Of a stretch of 64,000 nucleotides of DNA, positions 34,184 to 44,286 are shown in pieces. Position numbers and translations under genes: made by a program. The stretch is taken from positions 22,171 to 86,170 of the forward strand of contig JBGFRW010000021.1 of NCBI GenBank assembly GCA_041694935.1, read 5' to 3'. A model generated the notes under the pieces. It made no database searches. It was given only the letters and a program-made list of their open reading frames with translations, and had not been told where the DNA came from. The first letter of the stretch is position 1. The number at the start of each line of letters is the position of its first letter. The DNA comes from Pseudomonadota bacterium (GTDB taxonomy: Bacteria > Pseudomonadota > Gammaproteobacteria > Burkholderiales > Rhodocyclaceae).

Positions 34184-35236
34184 ATGAAGATTTGCGTATT
34201 GCCGGGCGACGGCATCGGACCTGAAATCACAGCGGAAGCGGTGCGTGTGCTCGAAGCGCTCGACCTGAAGATGGAGATGGAAGAAGCGCTGCTGGGTGGC
34301 TGCGCCATCGATGCTGCGAAGGATCCCTTCCCCGAGGCGACGCAGAAGCTCGCCAAGGCGGCCGACGCCGTGCTGCTCGGCGCTGTCGGCGGTCCGCAAT
34401 GGGACAACAATCCGCGCGAACTGCGCCCCGAGCGCGGACTTTTGCGCATCCGCAAGGATCTAGGCTTGTTCGCCAATCTGCGCCCGGCGATCCTCTATCC
34501 CGAGTTGGCCAACGCCTCGACGCTCAAGCCCGAGGTGGTTGCAGGTCTCGACATCCTGATCGTGCGCGAGCTGACCGGCGACATCTACTTCGGCCAGCCG
34601 CGCGGCATCGAAGTCAGGAATGGGGAGCGCTTCGGCTTCAACACCATGCACTACACCGAGAGCGAGATTCGCCGCATCCTGCGCGTCGCCTTCGACGCGG
34701 CCAGGAAGCGCAACAAGAAGGTCTGCTCGGTGGACAAGATGAATGTGCTCGAATGCACCCAGTTGTGGCGCGACGTCGCCATCGAGGTGGGCAAGGAGTA
34801 CCCGGACGTCGAACTGACCCACATGCTGGTCGATAACGCGGCGATGCAACTCGTCAAGAATCCGAAGCAGTTTGACGTGATGGTCACTGGCAACATGTTC
34901 GGCGACATCCTCTCCGACGAAGCCTCGATGCTGACAGGCTCGATCGGCATGCTGCCCTCCGCTTCGCTCGACGAGAACAACAAGGGCCTCTATGAGCCGA
35001 GCCATGGCTCAGCCCCGGACATAGCCGGCAAGGGCGTGGCCAACCCGCTGGCGACCATCCTGTCGGCAGCGATGATGTTGCGCTATACCTTCAACGAGGA
35101 GGCGGCAGCACAACGTATCGAGGGCGCGGTGAAAAAAGTGCTGGCGCAAGGCTACCGTACGGGCGATATTTACGAGCCGGGCATGAAAAAGGTCGGCACG
35201 AAGGAAATGGGCGACGCGGTGCTCGCGGCGCTGTGA
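34184..35236 (+). CDS. leuB: 3-isopropylmalate dehydrogenase
   Basis: Start at [15 protein letters not shown]; ...[26 protein letters not shown]. Confidence 0.95.
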   Translation: MKICVLPGDGIGPEITAEAVRVLEALDLKMEMEEALLGGCAIDAAKDPFPEATQKLAKAADAVLLGAVGGPQWDNNPRELRPERGLLRIRKDLGLFANLRPAILYPELANASTLKPEVVAGLDILIVRELTGDIYFGQPRGIEVRNGERFGFNTMHYTESEIRRILRVAFDAARKRNKKVCSVDKMNVLECTQLWRDVAIEVGKEYPDVELTHMLVDNAAMQLVKNPKQFDVMVTGNMFGDILSDEASMLTGSIGMLPSASLDENNKGLYEPSHGSAPDIAGKGVANPLATILSAAMMLRYTFNEEAAAQRIEGAVKKVLAQGYRTGDIYEPGMKKVGTKEMGDAVLAAL

Positions 35237-35261
35237 GATTCAATACTTGAGGTAATCGGAA

Positions 35262-36383
35262 ATGAAAAAGGTAGGTCTGGTCGGTTGGCGCGGCATGGTG
35301 GGTTCGGTGCTGATGCAGCGCATGCGCGAAGAGGGCGATTTCGCCCTGATCGAGCCGGTGTTCTTCACGACGTCGAATGTGGGTGGCAAGGGGCCGGCAG
35401 AAGCCGGCGGTACGCCCCTCAAGGACGCCAAGGACATCGAGGCCCTCAAGCAGATGGACGTCATCATCACCTGCCAGGGCGGCGACTACACCAAGGAGGT
35501 CTTCGGCCCGCTACGCGCGGCCGGCTGGAACGGCTACTGGATCGACGCGGCATCGAGCCTGCGCATGGCCGACGACGCCATCATCATCCTCGATCCGGTT
35601 AACCTCGACGTCATCAAGGCCGGTCTGGCCAAGGGCATCAAGAACTACATCGGCGGCAATTGCACCGTCTCGCTGATGCTGATGGGCCTCGGCGGACTGT
35701 TCCGCGCCGACCTGGTCGAATGGATCTCGGCGATGACCTACCAGGCTGCCTCCGGCGCCGGTGCGCAGAACATGCGCGAGCTGCTTTCCCAGATGGGCGT
35801 GCTGCACGACGCAGTCAAGGCCGAGCTGGCCGATCCCGCCTCGGCCATCCTCGACATCGACCGCAAGGTAGCCGAGACGATGCGTGCTTCATCCTTCCCG
35901 ACCAAGAACTTCCGTGGCGTGCCGCTCGCCGGCAGCCTGATTCCCTGGATCGATGTGCCGGTCGAAGGGGGCCAGTCGAAGGAAGAATGGAAGGGTGGCG
36001 CCGAGTGCAACAAGATTCTTGGCAAGCCGGCGTTCCGTTCCCCCGGCAGCATTCCGATCGACGGCCTGTGCGTGCGCGTCGGCGCGATGCGCTGCCATTC
36101 GCAAGGCCTGACCATCAAGCTGAAGAAGGATGTGCCGTTGGATGAGGTCAGCGACATCATCGCCAAGGCGAATGACTGGGTCAAAGTGGTACCGAACGAG
36201 CGCGAGATTTCCGAGCGCGACCTGACGCCTGCCGCGGTCACCGGCACGCTGACGGTGCCGGTCGGCCGTCTGCACAAGCTGGCGATGGGGCCGGAGTATC
36301 TCGGTGCCTTCACCTGCGGCGACCAGCTGTTGTGGGGGGCGGCGGAGCCATTGCGCCGGATGTTGCGTATTTTGCTCGGATAA
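35262..36383 (+). CDS. asd: Aspartate-semialdehyde dehydrogenase
   Basis: 373 aa: [17 protein letters not shown]...[11 protein letters not shown] (active-site Cys). Confidence 0.95.
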   Translation: MKKVGLVGWRGMVGSVLMQRMREEGDFALIEPVFFTTSNVGGKGPAEAGGTPLKDAKDIEALKQMDVIITCQGGDYTKEVFGPLRAAGWNGYWIDAASSLRMADDAIIILDPVNLDVIKAGLAKGIKNYIGGNCTVSLMLMGLGGLFRADLVEWISAMTYQAASGAGAQNMRELLSQMGVLHDAVKAELADPASAILDIDRKVAETMRASSFPTKNFRGVPLAGSLIPWIDVPVEGGQSKEEWKGGAECNKILGKPAFRSPGSIPIDGLCVRVGAMRCHSQGLTIKLKKDVPLDEVSDIIAKANDWVKVVPNEREISERDLTPAAVTGTLTVPVGRLHKLAMGPEYLGAFTCGDQLLWGAAEPLRRMLRILLG

Positions 36384-36479
36384 GCCAATCCGGGAGGTAA
36401 AGCAAAGGTTGAGCTTGCGCCATTAACTCTATGATGTTATTTTGAATACCGTAAAGCAAATCCCTGGCCGGGAGGCAAA

Positions 36480-39326
36480 GTGAATAAACCGGGTAAATCA
36501 TCGATATTCAAGACGTCGCTGTTGGTGGCCTCGCTGTGTGCAGCGCTTGGCGCTCAGGCAGCAGGCGTTGGCAAGCTTTCGGTGTATTCGGCCATCGGAC
36601 AGCCGTTGAATGCCGAAGTGGCGTTGACGGCTACGCCGGAAGAATTGAACTCCCTGACGGCGCGACTGGCTTCGCATGAAGCGTTCAAGGAGGCGGGCAT
36701 CGAGTTCACGCCCGCGCTTACCGGCTTGCGCTTCAGCATCGCCAAGTCACCGAGCGGCCAGTCGATCCTGCGGCTGACAACAGACGCTCCGCTCAACGAG
36801 CCTTTCCTGCATTTTCTTGTAGAACTGAACTGGACCTCCGGCCGGATGGTGCGGGAATACACCTTCCTGCTCGATCCTCCTGAGATGCTGAAGGCTGCCA
36901 AGCCGGCTTCGATTGTCAAGCCGGTTGCACCCGCGATCGAAACCACCCCTTTGCCTCCTCAACCTACCAAGGCGGCAAAGCCAGCAAAGGCTACTGCTGG
37001 AGCGGCTGAGCCTGCTCCCAAGGCGCCGGAAGCCAGGACGCCAGCCAAGAAGTTTGCAGCCGAGCCGGGCGAGGAGGTGCAGGTCAAGGCGGGCGACACG
37101 CTGAGCAAGGTCGCGCGCGAGCACATGCCCGAGTCGGTGACCCTGGATCAGATGCTGGTGGCCCTGTTCAACACCAACCGCGAAGTTTTCGACGGCGGCA
37201 ACATGAACCGCCTGCGTGCAGGCAAGATCCTGCGCTTGCCCGATCCGGCCGAAGCCGCAAAAGTCGATCCGGGCGAGGCACGCAAGCTGATCGTCAGCCA
37301 GGCGGTCGATTTCAACGCCTACAAGCGCCGGCTGGCCTCGGCCGCTGCTGCGGCACCCGCACCCGAAAGCGCACCGCAGCAGCAGGTCGCCGGCAAGATC
37401 AAGCCGCAGGTCGAGGAAAAGGCACCTCCAGCCCCTGCGAAGGACAAGCTCGAGGTGTCGCGCACGGAAACCGCCAAGACGGCGAAAGCCGATGCAGGCA
37501 AGGTAGTCCTCGAAGAAGAGTTGATTGCGCGCGACAAGGCATTGCGTGAGGCATCGGACCGCATCGCGCATCTCGAGAAGAATCTTGAGAACCTCAAGCA
37601 ACTCGCCGAACTGAAGAGCGAAAGCGGCGCAAAAATCCAGCAACAGGCTCAGTCAGCCGCAGCGCCGGCTGCCCCTGCGGCGGAGAAGCAAGCTGAACCT
37701 CCCGCGGCCAAGCCGGCAGAGCCCGTGCCGCCTGCCGCTCAAGCGGCGCCACCTGTCACGGAACCTCCGCCGCCCGACCAGAAGCCGGCAGAACCGGTGC
37801 CGGAGGCAGCCAAAGTGCCGCCACCGCCCAAACCTGCCTTGAAGAAGGCTGTCCCTCCCCCACCGCCACAGCCTGAGCCAAGTTTTGTCGAAGACAACCC
37901 GGAGTTGGTGTTTGGTGGCGGCGGTCTGATCGCACTGCTGCTCGGTTACCTCGGATATTCGGCTTGGCGCAAGAAAAAGCAGGCGAAGGAGGCTGAGACG
38001 GAACTGCAAGAGCCGCCCAGCAGCATGCGCTTCGAGACCGCCAAACCCTCCGAGCCCAGTGTGGCCCAGAGCGTGGCAGCCAGCACGGCCCTCGAAGAGA
38101 GCGACGTCTCGATTCTCGGCGATTTCAGCAGCACCGAAGGCGCGCTGTCCGCAGAGGGCGGTGTGGATCCCGTTGCTGAGGCAGATGTGCTGATGGCCTA
38201 CGGCCGTGATGCGCAGGCCGAGGAAATCCTGCTCGAAGGCTTGAAGGACGATCCACAGCATGCAGGCATCCATGCGAAGCTGCTCGAACTGTATGCAAAT
38301 CGCCAGGATAAAGCGAAGTTCGAGTCGACTGCCAGGGGGCTGCACGGCATCAGCAAGGGACAGGGCGAAGCCTGGGACAATGCGGTCAAGCTTGCCGCAG
38401 GACTAGGCATTACCGGTGGCGTATTCGCTGCAGCGGGAGCCGCTGAAACTGGCCAGGTGCTCGATAAAGCAGCGAAAGTCGAGGCTGCTCCTCCAGCGGA
38501 AGTTCAGCCTGAACCAGTCGCTGCAGAAGAGATGGCGCGTCCGGCAGCGTCTCCTGCAGAAGCTGAAGCGGATTCACTCGACTTCGATCTCGATCTGGGT
38601 ACCACCACCAGCATGCCGGCTGCAATAGCGGCCGCTGAGAAGGCTGCCGCGCAAGCGGCCAGCGAAGCGGCGCTCGATTTTGACTTCGACCTGGGCACGC
38701 CCGAGCCGTCTCGTCAAGCCGAGCAAGCTCCTGCAGCCCCCGCTGACGAAGTGCCGCAGACTGGGGCCGAGGCGGGCGACGGCAACGTCATCGACTTCTC
38801 GCTCGATATCGGTGAGCTTGCTGTGCCCCCGGTTGCTGAACCGGAGCAGAGCAATCTGGCTGCAGAAGATACCAACGTGCTCGACTTTGATCTCGATCTC
38901 GGTTCGGTAGAGCCGGCTGTGGAGTCTGCTCCAAGCACTGAGGCTGTCAGTGCTCCCTCGCCCGCCTTTGATCTGGCCGATATCAGCCTGGACCTGGGGG
39001 AACCCGAGGGCGAGCAGAAACATGAGGCGGCATTGCCGGACATCGACTTGGATGTCGGCTTGGATATCGGCGAGTTGGAAACAACTGCCGAATCTCAGCC
39101 TTCCCTCGAAATGCCTGTTAGCGAAGCAGTTGCCGGCACCGAGGCGTCAGTAGCCGCGGAAGAGGTCGATGACCCTGAAGTGGCGACTAAGCTCGAACTG
39201 GCTCAGGCATATGAAGAGATGGGGGACCACGAGGGCGCACGCGAATTGCTCAACGAGGTCCTCAATGAGGGCAGCACCGCACAGCAGGAAATGGCCCGCG
39301 CTCGCCTCGATCGTTTGAACGTTTGA
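36480..39326 (+). CDS. fimV: FimV-like peptidoglycan-binding pilus assembly protein
   Basis: 948 aa with a signal peptide, a LysM domain (VKAGDTLSKVAREHMP...), one central TM and acidic (L/I)DF(D/S)LDLG repeat modules. The C-terminus has a FimV TPR-like motif (ATKLELAQAYEEMGDHEGARELLNEVL). Lies in the asd-fimV-truA synteny. Confidence 0.85.
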   Translation: MNKPGKSSIFKTSLLVASLCAALGAQAAGVGKLSVYSAIGQPLNAEVALTATPEELNSLTARLASHEAFKEAGIEFTPALTGLRFSIAKSPSGQSILRLTTDAPLNEPFLHFLVELNWTSGRMVREYTFLLDPPEMLKAAKPASIVKPVAPAIETTPLPPQPTKAAKPAKATAGAAEPAPKAPEARTPAKKFAAEPGEEVQVKAGDTLSKVAREHMPESVTLDQMLVALFNTNREVFDGGNMNRLRAGKILRLPDPAEAAKVDPGEARKLIVSQAVDFNAYKRRLASAAAAAPAPESAPQQQVAGKIKPQVEEKAPPAPAKDKLEVSRTETAKTAKADAGKVVLEEELIARDKALREASDRIAHLEKNLENLKQLAELKSESGAKIQQQAQSAAAPAAPAAEKQAEPPAAKPAEPVPPAAQAAPPVTEPPPPDQKPAEPVPEAAKVPPPPKPALKKAVPPPPPQPEPSFVEDNPELVFGGGGLIALLLGYLGYSAWRKKKQAKEAETELQEPPSSMRFETAKPSEPSVAQSVAASTALEESDVSILGDFSSTEGALSAEGGVDPVAEADVLMAYGRDAQAEEILLEGLKDDPQHAGIHAKLLELYANRQDKAKFESTARGLHGISKGQGEAWDNAVKLAAGLGITGGVFAAAGAAETGQVLDKAAKVEAAPPAEVQPEPVAAEEMARPAASPAEAEADSLDFDLDLGTTTSMPAAIAAAEKAAAQAASEAALDFDFDLGTPEPSRQAEQAPAAPADEVPQTGAEAGDGNVIDFSLDIGELAVPPVAEPEQSNLAAEDTNVLDFDLDLGSVEPAVESAPSTEAVSAPSPAFDLADISLDLGEPEGEQKHEAALPDIDLDVGLDIGELETTAESQPSLEMPVSEAVAGTEASVAAEEVDDPEVATKLELAQAYEEMGDHEGARELLNEVLNEGSTAQQEMARARLDRLNV

Positions 39327-39331
39327 TCCGG

Positions 39332-39359
39332 GGCGCTACGGTTTGTATGCCGTAGCGCC
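39332..39359 (+). other. 10-bp perfect hairpin after fimV (no U-tract)
   Basis: GGCGCTACGG-TTTGTATG-CCGTAGCGCC, followed by GATCCC, so it is not a canonical intrinsic terminator. Confidence 0.4.
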
Positions 39360-39379
39360 GATCCCTCTAGTCAGCTCCG

Positions 39380-39982
39380 ATGTTCCATCCGGCGTCATTG
39401 TTGCTGTCTTGGATGGCCTACGCGTTATTCCTGCAGTGGGTCCCGCTACCCTATCTGCTTGCCCTTGCAGCGCTCGCGTTGATTCTTGCATCGGCATTCG
39501 CACCGCTGCGCAGCCGCAACCTGCTTTGGCGCTCTCGTTGGCTGCTGTTTTCATTGGCTGTCTTTTTTCTTTTTTTCACGCCTGGTGAGTTTCTTCCGGG
39601 CGTGGCGGGATACATGGGAGTGTCATACGACGGCCTGGCGCAGGCAGGAGAGCATCTCGGGCGCTTGCTGGCCTTGTTGGCCGGATTGGCCATTCTGCAT
39701 GAACGAATCGGCACGGACGGCATTCTCACAGGTCTCTATTGGCTCTTGAGGCCTTTCCGCTGGCGCGAGACCACGGTGGTACGTCTGATACTCGTGTTGG
39801 AGTACGTCGAGCAACGCGGCAGGATTGGCTGGCGTGAATGGCTGGCGAGTGGCGATGGCGTCGCTACAGACCAGGACGGGCGCACGTGCATTTCCCTCGC
39901 AATGCCCGAGTTGCAGGCGAAGGACAAATGGCTTATCGGCGGTATGCTGGCCGCGGGAATGGGATTCGTGGTGCTTGCATGA
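39380..39982 (+). CDS. Hypothetical integral membrane protein
   Basis: 200-aa ORF with ~5 hydrophobic segments. Its stop overlaps the truA start (ATGA at 39979-82). I cannot assign a family. Confidence 0.5.
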   Translation: MFHPASLLLSWMAYALFLQWVPLPYLLALAALALILASAFAPLRSRNLLWRSRWLLFSLAVFFLFFTPGEFLPGVAGYMGVSYDGLAQAGEHLGRLLALLAGLAILHERIGTDGILTGLYWLLRPFRWRETTVVRLILVLEYVEQRGRIGWREWLASGDGVATDQDGRTCISLAMPELQAKDKWLIGGMLAAGMGFVVLA

Positions 39983-40773
39983 GAGTTGCGTTGGGCTTGG
40001 AGTACGACGGGACGACCTTTTTCGGCTGGCAGTCACAGCCGGGTGGCAATACCGTGCAGGATGCATTGGAGGCTGCCCTAACGAGCATTGCCGCCATGCC
40101 TGTCCGCGTTGTGTGCGCGGGACGTACCGATGCCGGCGTCCATGCGCTCGCCCAGGTCGTGCATTTCGATACGGAGGTGCAACGGCAACCGACAGCCTGG
40201 GTGAGGGGCGTCAATGCGCACTTGCCACCGACGGTAGCGGTGCGCTGGGCGACATCCGTGACCGAGGATTTCCATGCCCGCTTCTCAGCCCGCGGACGCC
40301 ATTATCGATACGTGCTGCAGAATCGTCCCGAGCGCCCTGGGCTTCTGGCAGGCAAGGTCGGATGGTGCCATCGTCCCCTGGATATCGAGGCCATGCAACA
40401 GGCGAGTCGATCCCTGTTGGGTGAGCAGGACTTCTCTACATTCCGGGCAGCCGAATGCCAAGCCAAATCTCCAGTCAAAATCCTGCATCGACTACAAATC
40501 TCCGTAGAAAACGATCTGATTCTCTTCGATCTTCATGCCAACGCATTCCTGCACCACATGGTGCGCAACATCGTCGGCGCCCTTGTGTATGTCGGCATGG
40601 GGCGCCAGCCGCCAAGCTGGATCGGTGAATTGCTGGCGGCGCGCGATCGCAGTCGCAGTGCGCCGACGTTTTCCCCTTCTGGCCTATATCTGACCGGCGT
40701 CGATTACGATCGTGAGTGGGGGTTGCCGGACGAGGGGCGTATCATGGCGCAACCCCGCTTTCCGTTCTTCTGA
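39979..40773 (+). CDS. truA: tRNA pseudouridine(38-40) synthase
   Basis: Start at MRVALGLEYDGTTFFGWQSQ; catalytic GRTDAGVHA. Confidence 0.95.
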   Translation: MRVALGLEYDGTTFFGWQSQPGGNTVQDALEAALTSIAAMPVRVVCAGRTDAGVHALAQVVHFDTEVQRQPTAWVRGVNAHLPPTVAVRWATSVTEDFHARFSARGRHYRYVLQNRPERPGLLAGKVGWCHRPLDIEAMQQASRSLLGEQDFSTFRAAECQAKSPVKILHRLQISVENDLILFDLHANAFLHHMVRNIVGALVYVGMGRQPPSWIGELLAARDRSRSAPTFSPSGLYLTGVDYDREWGLPDEGRIMAQPRFPFF

Positions 40774-40774
40774 G

Positions 40775-41404
40775 ATGACCCGCACTCGCATCAAGATTTG
40801 CGGTATCACCCGTCCTGCCGATCTAGCCGCTGCCGTGACTGCCGGTGCGGATGCGATCGGCTTCGTGTTCTATCCGCCGAGCCCGCGCGCCTTGTCTCTC
40901 GAGCTTGCGGCGACCCTCTCCCTGCAGGTTCCTCCCTTCGTCACGCGGGTGGGACTGTTCGTCAATGCCGAACCCGGGCAGGTAAGGGAAACGCTGGCGG
41001 CCGTGCCGCTCGATCTGCTGCAATTCCACGGTGAGGAGGAGGTTGCCTACTGCGAGCAATTCGGTCTTCCTTACCTCAAGGCGGCCAGAGTGAGGCCTGG
41101 AATCGATCTGTTAGAATTCGCGCGCTCGTATCCGACGGCGCAAGGCCTGTTACTCGATGCCTGGGTCGAAGCCTATGGGGGGGCAGGACAGACATTCGAC
41201 TGGTCGTTGATTCCGGAACGTCTGCCCAAGCCTGTGGTGTTATCTGGTGGGCTTCATGCAGGTAACGTTATAGAAGCTGTCGCTAAATTGCAGCCTTGGG
41301 CAGTGGATGTCAGCAGTGGAGTCGAGGTTGCCAAGGGCATCAAGGATGCCGACAAGATCGCCGCTTTCGTAGCGGCAGTGAGAACAGCAGATGCCAGTCG
41401 ATAA
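40775..41404 (+). CDS. trpF: Phosphoribosylanthranilate isomerase
   Basis: Start at [13 protein letters not shown]; ...[10 protein letters not shown]...[10 protein letters not shown]. Confidence 0.9.
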   Translation: MTRTRIKICGITRPADLAAAVTAGADAIGFVFYPPSPRALSLELAATLSLQVPPFVTRVGLFVNAEPGQVRETLAAVPLDLLQFHGEEEVAYCEQFGLPYLKAARVRPGIDLLEFARSYPTAQGLLLDAWVEAYGGAGQTFDWSLIPERLPKPVVLSGGLHAGNVIEAVAKLQPWAVDVSSGVEVAKGIKDADKIAAFVAAVRTADASR

Positions 41405-42596
41405 GTACAAGTTGCCAGACGAACATGGGCATTTCGGTAAATTTGGTGGGATATTCGTTGCCGAAACCCTGATGCCAGCGCTGGCGGAGCTGAATGAGGC
41501 CTACGAGGCCGCGAAGGCCGATCCGCAATTCCGTGCCGAGTTCGAATACGAGCTGGCCCACTACGTCGGCCGCCCCAGCCCGATTTACCATGCCAAACGC
41601 TGGTCCAATCAACTGGGCGGCGCGCAGATTTATCTGAAGCGCGAGGATTTGAACCATACCGGCGCGCACAAGGTGAACAACTGCATCGGCCAGGCGTTGC
41701 TTGCTCGCCGCATGGGCAAGCCGCGCGTGATCGCGGAAACCGGCGCGGGTCAGCATGGGGTGGCCACGGCCACCGTCGCGGCGCGCTACGGCATGGAATG
41801 TGTCGTCTATATGGGCAGCGAGGATGTCAAACGCCAGGCGGCGAACGTCTATCGCATGAAGTTGCTCGGCGCGAAGGTCGTTCCCGTCGAGTCCGGCTCG
41901 AAGACGCTCAAGGATGCGCTCAACGAGGCGATGCGAGACTGGGTGACAAACGTCGGCAACACCTTCTACATCATCGGTACAGTCGCCGGCCCGCACCCCT
42001 ATCCGATGATGGTGCGCGATTTCCAGTCGGTGATTGGCCGCGAGTGCCTCGGCCAGATGTCGACACTGGCGGGACGGCAGCCAGACCAGGTGATCGCCTG
42101 CGTCGGCGGTGGTTCGAACGCCATGGGCATCTTCTACGACTACATCCCCCATTACGAGGTCAAGTTGGTCGGCGTCGAAGCTGCAGGACACGGACTGTCC
42201 ACCGGCCAGCATGCCGCGTCGTTGACGATGGGACGTCCCGGCGTGCTGCACGGCAACCGTACCTATCTCTTGCAGGATGACAACGGCCAGATCATCGAGA
42301 CCCATTCGGTTTCCGCAGGCCTCGACTATCCCGGTGTCGGACCCGAGCATGCCTGGCTCAAGGACTCCGGCCGCGCGGAGTACGTGACCGTGACCGACGA
42401 GGAAGCGCTCGCCGCCTTTCACGATCTTTGCCATTACGAGGGAATCATTCCGGCGCTCGAGTCGAGCCACGCGCTGGCCTATGCGACACGGATCGCGCCG
42501 ACCCTGCCACAGGACAAGATCCTGCTCGTCAATCTTTCCGGCCGCGGCGACAAGGATATGCACACTGTCGCCGAGCGCTCGGGCATCCAGTTTTGA
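41391..42596 (+). CDS. trpB: Tryptophan synthase beta chain
   Basis: 401 aa: ...[16 protein letters not shown] (PLP Lys)...GGGSNAMG. Confidence 0.95.
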   Translation: MPVDKYKLPDEHGHFGKFGGIFVAETLMPALAELNEAYEAAKADPQFRAEFEYELAHYVGRPSPIYHAKRWSNQLGGAQIYLKREDLNHTGAHKVNNCIGQALLARRMGKPRVIAETGAGQHGVATATVAARYGMECVVYMGSEDVKRQAANVYRMKLLGAKVVPVESGSKTLKDALNEAMRDWVTNVGNTFYIIGTVAGPHPYPMMVRDFQSVIGRECLGQMSTLAGRQPDQVIACVGGGSNAMGIFYDYIPHYEVKLVGVEAAGHGLSTGQHAASLTMGRPGVLHGNRTYLLQDDNGQIIETHSVSAGLDYPGVGPEHAWLKDSGRAEYVTVTDEEALAAFHDLCHYEGIIPALESSHALAYATRIAPTLPQDKILLVNLSGRGDKDMHTVAERSGIQF

Positions 42597-42610
42597 TTCG
42601 GCCGCCAGCC

Positions 42611-43429
42611 ATGTCGAGAATATCCGCAAAATTCGCCGAGCTTCAGTCGAGCAAGCGCAAGGCGCTGATCCCTTTCATTACTGCTGGTGATCCAGAGCCG
42701 GCACAGACTGTGCCCCTGATGCATGCGCTGGTGGCGGGGGGCGCAGACATCATCGAACTCGGCGTGCCGTTTTCCGACCCGATGGCCGACGGCCCGACAA
42801 TCCAGCGTGCCTCGGAACGTGCGCTGGCCTACGGCGTGTCCCTGCGGCTGGTGCTAGGCATGGTGCATGAGTTCCGCAAGTCCGATGCGACGACGCCAGT
42901 GGTGCTGATGGGTTACGCGAACCCGGTCGAGGCCTACGGCCATGAGGCCTTCGCCCGAGATGCGGCGGCGGCCGGCGTCGATGGCGTGCTGACCGTCGAT
43001 TACCCGCCGGAGGAGTGCGCGGTCTTCGCCGAGACGCTGCAGGCGGCAGGGCTCGATCCGATCTTTCTGCTGGCGCCGACGTCGCTCGAGTCGCGTTTCA
43101 CCGACGTCGCCGAACTCGGCAGCGGCTATATCTACTATGTTTCGCTCAAGGGCGTGACGGGGTCGGCTACGATCGACCTCGACGAGGTCGCCCGGCGCAT
43201 TCCGCTGATCCGCGAGAAAGTCGGCATGCCGGTCGGCGTGGGCTTCGGCATCCGTGACGCGGCCAGTGCGGCGAAGATTGCACGCGTTGCCGACGCCGTG
43301 GTGATCGGCAGCAAGATCATCGAGACCATCGAACAGAGCCCGGCCGGCGAAGCGCCGGCGAGGGTGACCGCCTTCCTGCGCGAAGTGCGCAGTGCCATGG
43401 ATGCAACGAATGGGGAGGTGCAAACATGA
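42611..43429 (+). CDS. trpA: Tryptophan synthase alpha chain
   Basis: Start at [12 protein letters not shown]; ...[18 protein letters not shown]...[10 protein letters not shown]. Confidence 0.95.
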   Translation: MSRISAKFAELQSSKRKALIPFITAGDPEPAQTVPLMHALVAGGADIIELGVPFSDPMADGPTIQRASERALAYGVSLRLVLGMVHEFRKSDATTPVVLMGYANPVEAYGHEAFARDAAAAGVDGVLTVDYPPEECAVFAETLQAAGLDPIFLLAPTSLESRFTDVAELGSGYIYYVSLKGVTGSATIDLDEVARRIPLIREKVGMPVGVGFGIRDAASAAKIARVADAVVIGSKIIETIEQSPAGEAPARVTAFLREVRSAMDATNGEVQT

Positions 43430-44286
43430 GCTGGCTCCAGAAACTGCTGCCGCCTAAGATCAAGCGCGCCGAGGGCGTCAAGAAATCTATTCCAGAGGGG
43501 CTGTGGAGCAAGTGCCCGGCCTGCGAGGCGGTGCTGTATGCCTCGGATCTCCAGCAGAACCTCAATGTCTGCCCGAAATGTGGGCACCATCATCGCCTGA
43601 AGGCGCGCGAGCGCCTCGACTTGCTGCTCGACGCCGAAGGGCGTTTCGAGATCGGTGCGGAGGTGTTGCCGCTCGACGCCCTCAAGTTCAAGGACAGCAA
43701 GCGCTACCCCGATCGCCTCGCTGCCGCCAATGAGGAGACCGGCGAATCCGACGCGCTCGTGGTCATGCAGGGAGCGATCAAGACGCTGCCGGTGGTGGTC
43801 GCCTGTTTCGAGTTTGATTTCATGGGCGGCTCGATGGGATCGGTGGTCGGCGAGCGCTTTGTGCGCGGCGTGAATGCTGCCATCGAAAACCAGGTACCTT
43901 TCATCTGCATCACTGCCTCGGGCGGTGCGCGCATGCAGGAAGGCCTGTTGTCGCTGATGCAGATGAGCAAGACCACTGCGGCGGCCAAGCGCCTGGCGCA
44001 TCACAAGCTGCCCTTCATCACCGTGCTGACCGATCCGACCATGGGCGGCGTGTCGGCCTCGTTCGCTTTCGTCGGCGACGTCGTCATGGCCGAGCCGGGT
44101 GCGCTGATCGGTTTCGCCGGTCCGCGCGTGATCGAGCAGACGGTGCGCGAGAAGCTGCCGGAAGGCTTCCAGCGCGCCGAGTTCCTGCTCGAGAAGGGCG
44201 CGATCGACATGATCGTCGATCGCCGCGAGATGCGCGACCGGCTTGCTGCCACCCTGACCTTGCTGCTGCGCGTGCCGGCCGTTTGA
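43426..44286 (+). CDS. accD: Acetyl-CoA carboxylase carboxyltransferase beta subunit
   Basis: 286 aa with a zinc ribbon, CPACEAVLY...CPKCGHH. Confidence 0.95.
   Translation: MSWLQKLLPPKIKRAEGVKKSIPEGLWSKCPACEAVLYASDLQQNLNVCPKCGHHHRLKARERLDLLLDAEGRFEIGAEVLPLDALKFKDSKRYPDRLAAANEETGESDALVVMQGAIKTLPVVVACFEFDFMGGSMGSVVGERFVRGVNAAIENQVPFICITASGGARMQEGLLSLMQMSKTTAAAKRLAHHKLPFITVLTDPTMGGVSASFAFVGDVVMAEPGALIGFAGPRVIEQTVREKLPEGFQRAEFLLEKGAIDMIVDRREMRDRLAATLTLLLRVPAV

Noticed and set aside
38560-39080. Regularly recurring (L/I)DF(D/S)LDLG-encoding units in fimV that superficially look like a repeat array.
   Set aside because: They are in-frame acidic repeat modules characteristic of FimV-type proteins. 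They have variable spacing and no CRISPR-like constant repeat/spacer structure, and there are no cas genes.
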